DNA of 35,514 nt, taken from positions 1-35,514 of the forward strand of contig JAFDDO010000002.1 in NCBI GenBank assembly GCA_019310825.1, in the 5' to 3' direction. This DNA is from Deltaproteobacteria bacterium (GTDB lineage Bacteria; Desulfobacterota; Dissulfuribacteria; Dissulfuribacterales; UBA3076). This document shows positions 15,428 through 24,084 of this stretch, piece by piece (the stretch's first letter is position 1; every line of letters starts with the position of its first letter). A model generated the notes under the pieces. It did no database searches, had not been told where the DNA came from, and saw nothing but the letters and a program-made list of their open reading frames with translations. The position numbers and the translations under genes are program-made.

Positions 15428-16882
15428 ATGGCCATGTCGAGAGGTATTTATATGAGTTCTGTGCATCCTGAAGATCTTTTCACAGAGGCAACGGATAGCC
15501 CAAGTGCTACTAGACCCAAAATCCTGATAGTTGATGACGACCAAAGCCTCAGGGAATTTTTGGAGATACTCCTTGCCAAGGAAGGTTGCGATGTATGTTC
15601 CGCATCCAGTGGGGAAAAGGCCCTTCGTCTCATGGATAAGGAAAATGTATCTCTGGTCATAAGTGACGTGAAGATGCCCGGCATAGATGGGATGACTTTA
15701 CTGAAAGAAATCAAGACTAAGTACGCAGATGTCCCTGTAATACTGATTACTGCCTTTGCCTCTTTGGATACCGCAATGGCGGCAATGAAAGAGGGGGCCT
15801 GGGACTATCTTACCAAGCCCTTTCGGATAGAAGAAATCAGGGAAGTTGTGGGAAAAGCCCTTGAAACAAGACCGAAGGCCCGGTCCTTGATCAGAGATAC
15901 TGCTGGCAAGATTTATAAGCTTGACAATATGTTGACCAAAAGCCCGGTCATGCTCAAAATATTCCAATTAATACCCAGGATAGCATCCAGTCCTTCCAGT
16001 GTGCTCATATCCGGTGAAAGTGGCACAGGGAAAGAGCTTGCTGCACGAGCCATTCATAACCTTGGAGTCCGCAAGGACAGGCCCTTTGTAGTTATTAACT
16101 GCGGAGGCATCCCGGAGAACCTCCTTGAAAACGAGCTGTTTGGCCACAAAAAAGGGGCCTTTACCGGTGCTAATCGTGAAAAACAAGGTCTCTTTGCCAT
16201 GGCCAGTCAAGGCACTATCTTTCTTGATGAAATCGGAGAACTGCCTATGACCCTCCAAGTCAAACTGTTGAGAGTCGTGCAACAGAAGTCCTTTACATCT
16301 CTTGGTGACACCAAAGAAATGAAGGTAGATGTGAGGATATTGGCAGCCACTAACCGTGACCTGGAAAAGGAAGTAATAACCGGGCGATTCAGGGAAGACC
16401 TGTATTACAGACTGAACGTAATCCAAATTCGTATGCCACCATTAAGAGAACGTCCTGAAGACATTCCTCTCCTGGTCCAGTACTTCCTGGACAAATATTC
16501 CAAAGAACAAGATAAGGCCGTACAGGGCATATCCAGCTTTGCCATGGATGCATTACAAAAATACTCGTTCCCGGGAAACGTGAGAGAACTGGAAAATATC
16601 ATCGAAAGGAGTGTGGCCCTAGCCACCTCAAATCTTCTGCTTCCTGAAAGCCTGTCTCTGGCTGAGTTCAAGCAGCAAAAAACCTTCGAATCCAGCCCCT
16701 TTTCTTACGAACCGTACCTTGGGCCTGAAGGTTTAGACCTCGAGCAGTTCCTAGGCCATATAGAAAAAACTCTTTTAAAAAAGGCGCTCGATAAAACAAA
16801 CGGGGTAAAGACAGAAGCTGCCCGTATCCTCGGCCTTAACTTCAGGTCCTTTAGATATCGTCTATCAAAGTATGCCCTCTAA
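15428..16882 (+). CDS. sigma54-dependent response regulator (NtrC family: receiver + AAA+ + Fis-type HTH)
   Basis: Receiver domain (ILIVDDD...ISDVKMPGIDG), Walker A GESGTGKE, the sigma54-contact loop GAFTGA, and a C-terminal HTH (AARILGLNFRSFRYRL). ATG 15452 is a possible alternative start. Confidence 0.9.
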   Translation: MAMSRGIYMSSVHPEDLFTEATDSPSATRPKILIVDDDQSLREFLEILLAKEGCDVCSASSGEKALRLMDKENVSLVISDVKMPGIDGMTLLKEIKTKYADVPVILITAFASLDTAMAAMKEGAWDYLTKPFRIEEIREVVGKALETRPKARSLIRDTAGKIYKLDNMLTKSPVMLKIFQLIPRIASSPSSVLISGESGTGKELAARAIHNLGVRKDRPFVVINCGGIPENLLENELFGHKKGAFTGANREKQGLFAMASQGTIFLDEIGELPMTLQVKLLRVVQQKSFTSLGDTKEMKVDVRILAATNRDLEKEVITGRFREDLYYRLNVIQIRMPPLRERPEDIPLLVQYFLDKYSKEQDKAVQGISSFAMDALQKYSFPGNVRELENIIERSVALATSNLLLPESLSLAEFKQQKTFESSPFSYEPYLGPEGLDLEQFLGHIEKTLLKKALDKTNGVKTEAARILGLNFRSFRYRLSKYAL

Positions 16883-18479
16883 GAACTCAAATGGCCGACT
16901 GTTTTACTGTATAACCGCTGGCCGACTGGCTATCCTGGTTCTGCTGCTCTGCAGCACCTATCTCCTATCCAGCTATTTTGCCGATGCTTTTGGCAAAGTG
17001 ACACAGTTGTCCCTGATCCTGGGAGGGGCATTTTTTCTCACTGCTGTTTATATCATATGGTACAAAAAGATGGGGCTGAATAAATGGCTCCTCTATATCC
17101 AGACACTTTTTGACGTCATACTGGTGAATCTTGCCGTATTTTGGACCGGTGGGCCTGGAAGCCCGCTTGTATTCCTATATCCGGTTGCCATTCTCACAGC
17201 ATGTATTCTTGGTAGTCAAAAGGAAGGCGCTGCATCAACCTTTCTGTGTATCGTCAGCTACGCTGCTCTTTTCTGGCTCTGTGAAATACCGGAGTATGGG
17301 TTTAGTGATGCTTTATTCACATTCTTGATCACCATGGCGTCCTTTAACATCATTGCATCTTTAGGAATTGTCCTTGCGAAACGTCTTCATTACACAGAAA
17401 AAAAGCTGTCAGACACAAGGGTGGATTTGCGCCGTATGGAGGAAATCCATCGCCATCTTGCAGACAGCATCCAGTCAGGTCTGATTACAGTAAATGAAAA
17501 AGGAAATATAACTTTCTTTAATCAGGCGGCTATTAAAATCCTTGGAAAAAAAATCATTAACGGATACGGGAAGCCCCTACAAAAATTCTGGCCGACCGGG
17601 ACACAGCTACTGGAGAATTTCAGGAGCGGTGGAGAAAGTAAACGGCAGGAAGTGAGCCATACAAACCCCCACGGCTTACCCGGATTCCTCGGGACATCCA
17701 CTTTTTTGTTAAAAGGCTACCAGGAACAACATCTTGGATACGGAATAATCTTTCAGGACATTTCAGAGATAAAAGCAAGGGAAGAGCGACTTCAACGCAT
17801 GGACCGTCTTGCCGCCCTTGGTGAGATGGCCGCAGGACTTGCCCATGAGATAAGAAATCCCTTGGCATCCCTGTCCGGGGCAGCTCAGTTTTTGGAAGAA
17901 TCAGCACCGTTGCAGCCTGAAGAAAGAAGGTTGCTACAGATTATTAGTAGAGAGAGCGACCGTCTGAATGATATTACAAAATCTTTTCTTCTATATGCCA
18001 AACCAGAGGAAAAAAAGATTCAAAACATATCTTTACTGGAAGAAATTGAGTCTGTTCTTTCCCTGATGAAACAAAGAAAAAAACTCCCCCAAGCCGATGT
18101 CAAAACAGATTTCCCGGCTAATCTACAATTTGAGGTGGACGCATCTCAATTCAAACAGGTCCTTCTGAACCTCTTGCTGAATGCATATCAGGCCCTGCCG
18201 CATGCAGACGGAAGAATATCAATCAATGGAGCGGCAGAGGGGGGAGATCACTTGCTTCTTAAAATCTCAGACAACGGAACCGGCATAAGGCCTGAGGATC
18301 TTTCAAGGGTATTCAATCCTTTCTTTTCCACCCGGCCGGATGGAACAGGATTAGGCCTGGCAATAGTCCATAGGCTCGTTCATGAATGGAATGGTGATAT
18401 TACGGTAGATTCTGAACAGGGCAAGGGTTCTACCTTTACTCTGCATCTTCCTAAACGTATGAAGGGTATTGAAAACTAA
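16872..18479 (+). CDS. membrane-bound PAS sensor histidine kinase
   Basis: Multiple N-terminal TM helices, a PAS-like segment, the H-box LAHEIRNPL, and the N/G boxes (LLLNAYQA, DNGTGI, GTGLGLAIV). It overlaps the regulator gene by 11 nt. Confidence 0.9.
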   Translation: MPSKNSNGRLFYCITAGRLAILVLLLCSTYLLSSYFADAFGKVTQLSLILGGAFFLTAVYIIWYKKMGLNKWLLYIQTLFDVILVNLAVFWTGGPGSPLVFLYPVAILTACILGSQKEGAASTFLCIVSYAALFWLCEIPEYGFSDALFTFLITMASFNIIASLGIVLAKRLHYTEKKLSDTRVDLRRMEEIHRHLADSIQSGLITVNEKGNITFFNQAAIKILGKKIINGYGKPLQKFWPTGTQLLENFRSGGESKRQEVSHTNPHGLPGFLGTSTFLLKGYQEQHLGYGIIFQDISEIKAREERLQRMDRLAALGEMAAGLAHEIRNPLASLSGAAQFLEESAPLQPEERRLLQIISRESDRLNDITKSFLLYAKPEEKKIQNISLLEEIESVLSLMKQRKKLPQADVKTDFPANLQFEVDASQFKQVLLNLLLNAYQALPHADGRISINGAAEGGDHLLLKISDNGTGIRPEDLSRVFNPFFSTRPDGTGLGLAIVHRLVHEWNGDITVDSEQGKGSTFTLHLPKRMKGIEN

Positions 18480-18486
18480 ATGGATA

Positions 18487-18527
18487 TGCAGGCCGGCAAG
18501 AAGCCGACCTGCAGGTATAAGGTTTTT
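18487..18527. terminator. hairpin between the convergent kinase and cytochrome genes (possible bidirectional terminator)
   Basis: tgcaggccggc (18487-18497) pairs with gccgacctgca (18503-18513): 11 bp with one mismatch and a 5-nt loop. A T6 run follows at 18523-18528. Confidence 0.5.
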
Positions 18528-18530
18528 TGT

Positions 18531-19886
18531 CTATTTCCTCCAGACCCACTCGGTCTTGAGATCTATCTTCTTCTCCTCACTGAAGAACAAGACCTTATCA
18601 TCATTTTTGAATTCACCAAAGGGCACATACCACAGCTTTACTTCCACCAAAAGCTCATCTTCGGTAAGTTCCCTGGTCTTTTTACCGTCTTTCTCTACAT
18701 CAGCATATGGAAACGGTATCTCAAAAACTTCCTTAACCTTCTTCAGAGGCGGTATACAGGTATCTCTGAGCAAACCGCACTTCTCATAGGGTCCTCTTCC
18801 CATCTCTGACCCTCTGCCGAAACGTCCGGGGTAAGGCATGTAGATAACTTGATCATTATAAATTTTTTCCCCACCTATTGTTTTCGCGGTCACATCCAGG
18901 ACCAGCCTGTTAGGGGTGGGTCACCCGTCAGGTATAGCATGCCCAGACTTATTGTAGATCTCTACGTTAATTACACCAAGAGGAATAACGCCTTCTACAC
19001 TGTCTTTGCGCCAGAAGTGGGACATGGCTTCGACTTCGATATCAAAGGCCATCTTGATCATGTCCTCGTCCCGGTAGGCTTGCATGTCGTGGCCCAGACC
19101 GGATTTGGCCATATGGCATTCCTGGCAGGTGTCGTGCCCGCCTTCAGGAATATACGCAAAGAGGTAGCTGCCGTACAATGTGGCACACTGGGAGGGCTCA
19201 TCTAACTCGAAGTTGGGCCCCTCACCATGGCACTGACCACAGAATATGGATTCATTCAAGGCCGGGGCCTTACCCATTGCGGTAAAGTCAGGGTGATCAT
19301 GCTCACCTTCCTGAAATGCATAAATTGTATCCGGCTGAGGATAGCCATCCTTCCATTTGTGGATAATGGCCTTCTTGTTATGGCAGACTAAGCAACCGAT
19401 ATTCAGGCTTGCTATCTTCTCCTCAAGTTCATCTGCTATATCTTCATAATCTTCATCTTCTACTGATTTTTGGCATGCACTTAGCCAGTCTCTGACGGTC
19501 TTGACGATTTCCCTAGCCACATCATCCGTTGCCTCATCCAGTTGAGGCAAATGGCATTTGGCGCACATCATGAGGTGACGAACTTCGACATCGTCATCCG
19601 TCTTGACACCGGAATAAGGGAACAACTTAAGACCCATATCTATGCTAGTTAGTATTGTCGGAGCTGTCCGTGGAGTACCCAGGATGGAAACGGCGTGAAG
19701 GGAATTACTCCACTGTTCGTATTTCTCTTCGTGACACTCCTCACAGGAACTCGAATCATAGCGAGCAGCTAGTTCTGCGATGGTCTTGGCCTTGGGGACC
19801 TCCGCAGGCTTTGTGCCGCAAAGTCCATAAGAGGACCAGACACAGCTCACCAAAAACAAAAATGTTACAATCCTCAAAACTCCCAT
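18531..19886 (-). CDS. secreted pentahaem c-type cytochrome, interrupted by an in-frame TGA at 18921-18923 (selenocysteine, readthrough or pseudogene)
   Basis: Five CxxCH motifs (CEECH, CAKCH, CLVCH, CGQCH, CQECH), a signal peptide with a possible lipobox (LVSC) and a strong RBS (AGGAGGGAGG). Track ORFs 18921-19886 and 18531-18893 are in the same frame and are separated only by TGA plus 9 sense codons. Confidence 0.75.
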
Positions 19887-20119
19887 AAATACCTCCCTCC
19901 TGATAATAACAGATTGATTAAATTATCTGGATATCTGATAAATTGACCTATGGTCATATTATAAGGAATCATTTATAAAATATCCAGCCACATATTGTTT
20001 TACGTATTCCGTTTATCAATACATAGGCCCTGATAAATAGGCAGAGACTATCATAACTCAAAAGAGACGTCAAAAAAAATGTATCGAGCCTGATTACACA
20101 ACAAAAAGTCCTGAAACAG

Positions 20120-20243
20120 GATTCCGATTAAAATGCTCCAGATGCAAGGCGCTAGTTTTTTGAGGAATGAGGCATAATTAGCATATGTCGCAGTGACTGG
20201 AGAAATGAAGCAACGTAGCAGATAGAGCATTTTCAGCGGAATC
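20120..20243 (+). repeat. 124-bp MITE-like palindromic element, family 1 (GATTCCGCTSAAAA termini), divergent copy C
   Basis: Aligns without gaps to 28662-28785 (97/124 identical) with the same terminal inverted repeats (gattccg...cagcggaatc). Confidence 0.85.
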
Positions 20244-20284
20244 AACCCTGAGATTGCCGCCCCAAGCCCTGGCAGCTAAACAAT

Positions 20285-22909
20285 ATGGCTGAAAAATCAG
20301 TAAAAACAACCACAAAGAAAAGAAAAGGCATCTGGATTCTTGGTATTTTTTTTCTTTCAGCAGCCTTGCTGTTAGGCTCGCTTTATACATTTCTTCCATT
20401 GCTTATAAAAAAACTGGCGCCAATTGTTGCAAGATCCGAAGGATATGTGGTGAGGCTGAGCGAAGTCAGAACGAGTTATGGTTTTATAACTTTTGAAAAA
20501 ATCCGCATCAGTCACAAAGAAATCAGTGGAGAGATCCAAAGAATATCCGTTGAATATTCCCTCTGGCCCTTTGGTCTCAATAAGATCAAGCTGGAGAAGC
20601 CGGACTTTATTGTCACTCCAGAAGCTTCAACCGGCAGCGACTTCAGGCTTAACAGGACCTTGGTGGGGCTGCTGGAAAAAGTCTCAATTGTAAATGGAGA
20701 GATACAGCTAAAAACTACATCTTTTGTGACAAGCCTGAGTTCCCTTTCAATAGACAGAAACGAACTTTCGTCGTCGGTGCAGAAACCAAATAACCTATCT
20801 TCTGCTTCTACCCTGTCAGGCCTCATATCAGTGGTAACTCCGGGAATCCAGGCCGAGGGTGACCTGAAAGGCATGCTGGACTGGAATTCAACACGATTTC
20901 GTCTTGTATCAAAAGGGGAAATAATAGTTAATAAATCACAGGGCAGGACAGCCTATGACCTCAAAACTTCCGGCAGGATTGAGGCCCAAATGGACGAACT
21001 GAGTGCCGAAGCTGATCTTGCGGTTCATGACCTTTGCTCAATCTTTCCTTCCCTTTCAAGAAAAAAGTCCAAAAACGACTCGACCGGCAATATCAGGCAA
21101 CCTTGTTATGTAAGCATATCAACCAGCATCAGATATCTCCTGGGTGAAGGCCTGAATGCGTCAGGGAAATTGGCCCTTAAGGATACGAGATTATCTTCAA
21201 TCTCAGGCATCCCCACGATCCAGGGCATCTGGCAAATGAAGGCGTCTCCAGATTTAAAAAATGGCTTCATTGACGCCGGCTTTGAACCTCGAGAATTGCC
21301 TATTTCCATTAAGCTTTCTTGGCCCGGTGAAAACGGCAATCAATGGGAAGCTATTGCCGGAATCTCAAGCACCAACTATGACTTTTCCAATCTCAAAGGC
21401 TCCCTCTTGTCCGGTCTTGGGAATATAATTGCTGACGCATTTGTCACACCCGATTCGTGGCAGGTATCTACGAGCCTTGACGTAAAGGACCTATCCTGGG
21501 CCAGAGACGAAAACTATGCCGTTGAAGGGATCTCCTCAAAGATCGAGTTCTTTGCAAATTACGATGGATCTCCTAAAAACGTTTCCTGGGAAGCCAACTT
21601 AGAATGGAATGAAGGGGCAGCACTTGTATATCCATGGTTTCTGGATCTCTTTCAACTCGCCGCCAGTATCAAAACCACGGGAACTCTGGATAAAAAGAAA
21701 CTGCTTTTCAACAAAATCGCAGTGTCCGGACCGTTTGAACTTGTGGCCACAGAGGTCTCCCTTGATTACGGCCTTAATGACAATGTTGCAAAGCTTGCTC
21801 AATGGAAAATGCCGAAGATTCAGTTCCTTAAGGCCAACGGCAGATTAGAGATTCCATATGAAGTATTACTTCAGGAACCGTTTTCTGTAAATTACGGCTT
21901 TTTGAACGATCTGGTGCCAAGGGGCACCTGGCTGGTTGAGCTGGAGCAAGATGGTTTGCGCACCGGAATAAAAACAGACATCTTTTTTTCAGGACATGAT
22001 GTCATCCAGGGAATGGATCTTAATCTTGCCTACTCAATAAATACGGATAAATGCAGGCCCGGCCTTATCAAGTGGGACAGACTGACCTGGCCTCCACTGG
22101 ATTTAGAAAAAACAAAGATCCCCTTGACTATTTGCAAAAATAATCTTAGTTGCGGACAGGTCAAAATTCCAGTTGCACAAGGAGAGATTTCCCTCAAAAA
22201 GATCTCCTGGGATTGGCTGGCATCAAGCTTGAGCCTGAGGGGACTCAGGCTCATTGGTATTAATCTGAAGGCACTCTGGCCGGATTTACCCCTCCGGGTT
22301 GATATTGAGGCTTATCTCGATCAGGGTATATGGAGTGATCCAAGGCTCAACTTCAATGGAGAGTTATTGTTCAACACGGCGGGGGGCAAAATCAGGTTTC
22401 AGAACATCTGGATAGAGCCTCTTGCCCCAATGCCCCGTTTTGGTGCTGATGTAGTCTTTCATGACCTGGATCTTGCGCAACTAAGTGATGCTGCGCACTT
22501 TGGACGAATAGCCGGAAAACTGACAGGACACATTGACAACCTAATCATGAGTGGTGGTCAGCCTGAGTCCTTTGAATTAATGATGGAGAATGATCCCAGT
22601 GCCTCTGGTCCTAAAAAGATTAGCCTTGAAGCAGTTGAAAAGATCTCAGTCCTGGGTGGAGGCGGATCGATTCCCTTGTTCGGGCGTATGTTCAAGGAAT
22701 TCCCCTATCGTCGGATAGGCATATCGTGTAGCCTGAAAAATGACATGTTCACACTCCATGGCTTGATAAAAAAAGACGGACAGGAATACCTGGTGGAAAG
22801 GGGCTTTATCAGAGGAGTAGATGTCATAAACAGAAATCCTAATAGCAAGATCTCTTTCAAAGACATGCTGGATAGATTAAAAAGAATTACCCGTACCGAA
22901 CAAGAGTAA
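20285..22909 (+). CDS. YdbH-like AsmA-family large envelope protein (N-terminal membrane anchor)
   Basis: 874-aa ORF with a single N-terminal TM segment after a Lys-rich lead and a long beta-rich body. Its size and its position directly upstream of a DUF1318/YdbL-like gene mirror the E. coli ydbH-ynbE-ydbL operon. The family call rests on architecture and synteny, not on a run search. Confidence 0.6.
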   Translation: MAEKSVKTTTKKRKGIWILGIFFLSAALLLGSLYTFLPLLIKKLAPIVARSEGYVVRLSEVRTSYGFITFEKIRISHKEISGEIQRISVEYSLWPFGLNKIKLEKPDFIVTPEASTGSDFRLNRTLVGLLEKVSIVNGEIQLKTTSFVTSLSSLSIDRNELSSSVQKPNNLSSASTLSGLISVVTPGIQAEGDLKGMLDWNSTRFRLVSKGEIIVNKSQGRTAYDLKTSGRIEAQMDELSAEADLAVHDLCSIFPSLSRKKSKNDSTGNIRQPCYVSISTSIRYLLGEGLNASGKLALKDTRLSSISGIPTIQGIWQMKASPDLKNGFIDAGFEPRELPISIKLSWPGENGNQWEAIAGISSTNYDFSNLKGSLLSGLGNIIADAFVTPDSWQVSTSLDVKDLSWARDENYAVEGISSKIEFFANYDGSPKNVSWEANLEWNEGAALVYPWFLDLFQLAASIKTTGTLDKKKLLFNKIAVSGPFELVATEVSLDYGLNDNVAKLAQWKMPKIQFLKANGRLEIPYEVLLQEPFSVNYGFLNDLVPRGTWLVELEQDGLRTGIKTDIFFSGHDVIQGMDLNLAYSINTDKCRPGLIKWDRLTWPPLDLEKTKIPLTICKNNLSCGQVKIPVAQGEISLKKISWDWLASSLSLRGLRLIGINLKALWPDLPLRVDIEAYLDQGIWSDPRLNFNGELLFNTAGGKIRFQNIWIEPLAPMPRFGADVVFHDLDLAQLSDAAHFGRIAGKLTGHIDNLIMSGGQPESFELMMENDPSASGPKKISLEAVEKISVLGGGGSIPLFGRMFKEFPYRRIGISCSLKNDMFTLHGLIKKDGQEYLVERGFIRGVDVINRNPNSKISFKDMLDRLKRITRTEQE

Positions 22910-22921
22910 CGATGTTTCTCT

Positions 22922-23078
22922 GGGTTCAGGGTTCAAGGTTTATAAAGACATGAGGATAGAACAAGGGGAGCATATGTCATACCACCTCCCTAAATTTGAA
23001 GTGAAGTATGGTAGTCGGTCCACGAGCTTTACATGGTGTTGGATCAACAATACATAAGTTACCCTGAACCCTGAACCT
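22922..23078. repeat. 157-bp hairpin element, family 3 (GGTTCAGGGTTCA arms)
   Basis: ggttcagggttcaaggt (22923-22939) against accctgaaccctgaacc (23061-23077): a 17-bp inverted repeat with 1 mismatch. The downstream tail ctgaacctgtgaacacttac matches ctgaacctgtaaacacttac at 13883-13902 with 1 mismatch. Confidence 0.75.
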
Positions 23079-23105
23079 GTGAACACTTACAATGGAGGTA
23101 AACAA

Positions 23106-23678
23106 ATGCCAAAAATTAATCTGAAACCTGCATTAATGTTGTCTGTAATGGTCTTTGCTGCCTGTGTAACTGTAAATATCTACTTTCCAGCTGCAGAAGT
23201 AAGACAGGCTGCAGAGGAAATTGCAAAGGATGTGAGGGGCCAGGGGTCAAGTCAAGATCCGGCAGATACAGGCGCCGGAGAACCGCAGTCTTTTCTGAAC
23301 TTGATAGGTACAGCTTATGCCCAACAGGAGCTTGCCATATCAAATGCTACAATCAGACAAATAAAGGAAAGGATGAAGGCGCGATATGCTCAGTTGGCGC
23401 CGTTTCTTAAACAGGGTGTTATAGGAGAGTCTGCAAAAGGCCTGCTGGTAATAAGGGATACAGGTTCTATCAATCTGAAAGCGCGGGCAGAAGCTAAGCG
23501 CCAGGTCAGCGCTGAAAACTCAGACAGAACCGCCCTGTACAGCGCCGTCTCAAAGGCCCTTAACATACCTGGTTCAGAGCTTGCGAAGGTCCAGGAGATC
23601 TTTGCAAAAGAATGGCAAAAGACAGCACCTCAAGGAACCTGGATAGAGCCTGCAAAAGGGAAGTGGGAGCAGAGATAA
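23106..23678 (+). CDS. YdbL-like DUF1318 protein with an N-terminal YnbE-like lipoprotein-type segment
   Basis: The C-terminal half (LKQGVIGESAKGLLVI...AENSDRTALYSAVSKALNIPGSELAKVQEIFAKEWQKTAPQGTWIE..KGKWEQR) matches the DUF1318/YdbL pattern as I know it. ATG 23106 lies 7 nt after GGAGG. The N-terminus has a signal sequence ending AAC followed by VTVNIYFP. Confidence 0.7.
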   Translation: MPKINLKPALMLSVMVFAACVTVNIYFPAAEVRQAAEEIAKDVRGQGSSQDPADTGAGEPQSFLNLIGTAYAQQELAISNATIRQIKERMKARYAQLAPFLKQGVIGESAKGLLVIRDTGSINLKARAEAKRQVSAENSDRTALYSAVSKALNIPGSELAKVQEIFAKEWQKTAPQGTWIEPAKGKWEQR

Positions 23679-23769
23679 CCCAGAGAGGAATTTCCTTTTT
23701 TGGACGCGGATTACACGGATTACACGGATAAAAAACCCAAGAAACGCATTCATTTGACAAGGAGGTCCC

Positions 23770-24084
23770 ATGAGGAAGGTTTTAATTATTATCAGTACGG
23801 AGGACGGCGAAAGCATTTACAATGCGATGAGGCTTGCAAATCTCGGCGTCAAAAAAGGTGATGAAATCAGTGTATTCATGCTAGGAAAAGGCGTCCTTTT
23901 TGAAAAGAGCGGAAGTAAAAATTTTGACGTGATGGGGCAAATCAACATGTTCGAAGGAGATTTTTATGTCTGAGGGGTCTGCGCAAAATCCCACGGTCTG
24001 GAGGGATCAAGCACTTGCCCAATCGGATGGATGGATGACCTCTACGAGCTGTCCATGGAGGCGGATAAAGTCCTAGCATTTTGA
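23770..24084 (+). CDS. DsrE/DsrF-like selenoprotein (Sec encoded by TGA 23971-23973)
   Basis: Track ORF 23770-23973 (MRKVLIIISTEDGESIYNAMRLANLG...GDFYV) stops at TGA. The same frame continues GVCAKSHGLEGSSTCPIGWMDDLYELSMEADKVLAF to TGA 24082-24084, giving a U-x-x-C motif where DsrE-like proteins have the active Cys. The second stop directly abuts the queH ATG. A SECIS-like hairpin follows the first TGA. RBS is AAGGAGG. Confidence 0.7.
23988..24007 (+). promoter_or_regulatory. SECIS-like stem-loop downstream of UGA 23971
   Basis: AUCCC-A-C [GGUCUG] G-A-GGGAU. Pairs are 23988-24007, 23989-24006, 23990-24005, 23991-24004, 23992-24003 and 23994-24001. The apical GGUC sits at +25 to +28 from the U of UGA; from memory the E. 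coli fdhF SECIS has GGUC at about +22 to +25. Confidence 0.5.

Noticed and set aside
13899-16671. Minus-strand ORFs antisense to pyrC and the sigma54 regulator (13899-14234, 14256-14633, 15968-16426 and others)
   Set aside because: These are shadow ORFs inside strongly supported plus-strand genes.
18469-18809. Two overlapping plus-strand ORFs (106 and 109 aa) after the kinase gene
   Set aside because: They run antisense through the C-terminal part of the cytochrome gene and across the convergent terminator hairpin, and their translations are low-complexity.
20051-20245. ORFs beginning MIPLK... (20051-20245 minus, 33497-33694 plus, 33190-33624 minus)
   Set aside because: They are generated by the (A/T)TGATTCCGCT terminus of the family 1 palindromic repeat on whichever strand it faces. 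The same peptide start appears on both strands of one element, and the 144-aa one continues antisense into the epimerase gene.
22940-23060. Tiny ORFs inside the family 3 element (35-codon plus-strand MRIEQGEH...; minus-strand AGGGAGGTGG-ATG 15-codon ORF MTYAPLVLSSCLYKP) considered as a YnbE-like lipoprotein gene
   Set aside because: Neither has a signal peptide or lipobox, and both lie within repeat-bounded sequence. The YnbE-like features are instead found at the N-terminus of the downstream 23106-23678 ORF.
23679-23769. Possible preQ1 riboswitch upstream of the dsrE-like/queH pair (ACACGGAUAAAAAACCCAAG resembles the A-rich tail of preQ1-I aptamers)
   Set aside because: I could not find the required P1 stem. 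No segment pairs with the nucleotides preceding the A-tract, and the upstream part is just a 10-bp tandem repeat (cggattacac x2). A covariance-model scan would be needed to revive the idea.
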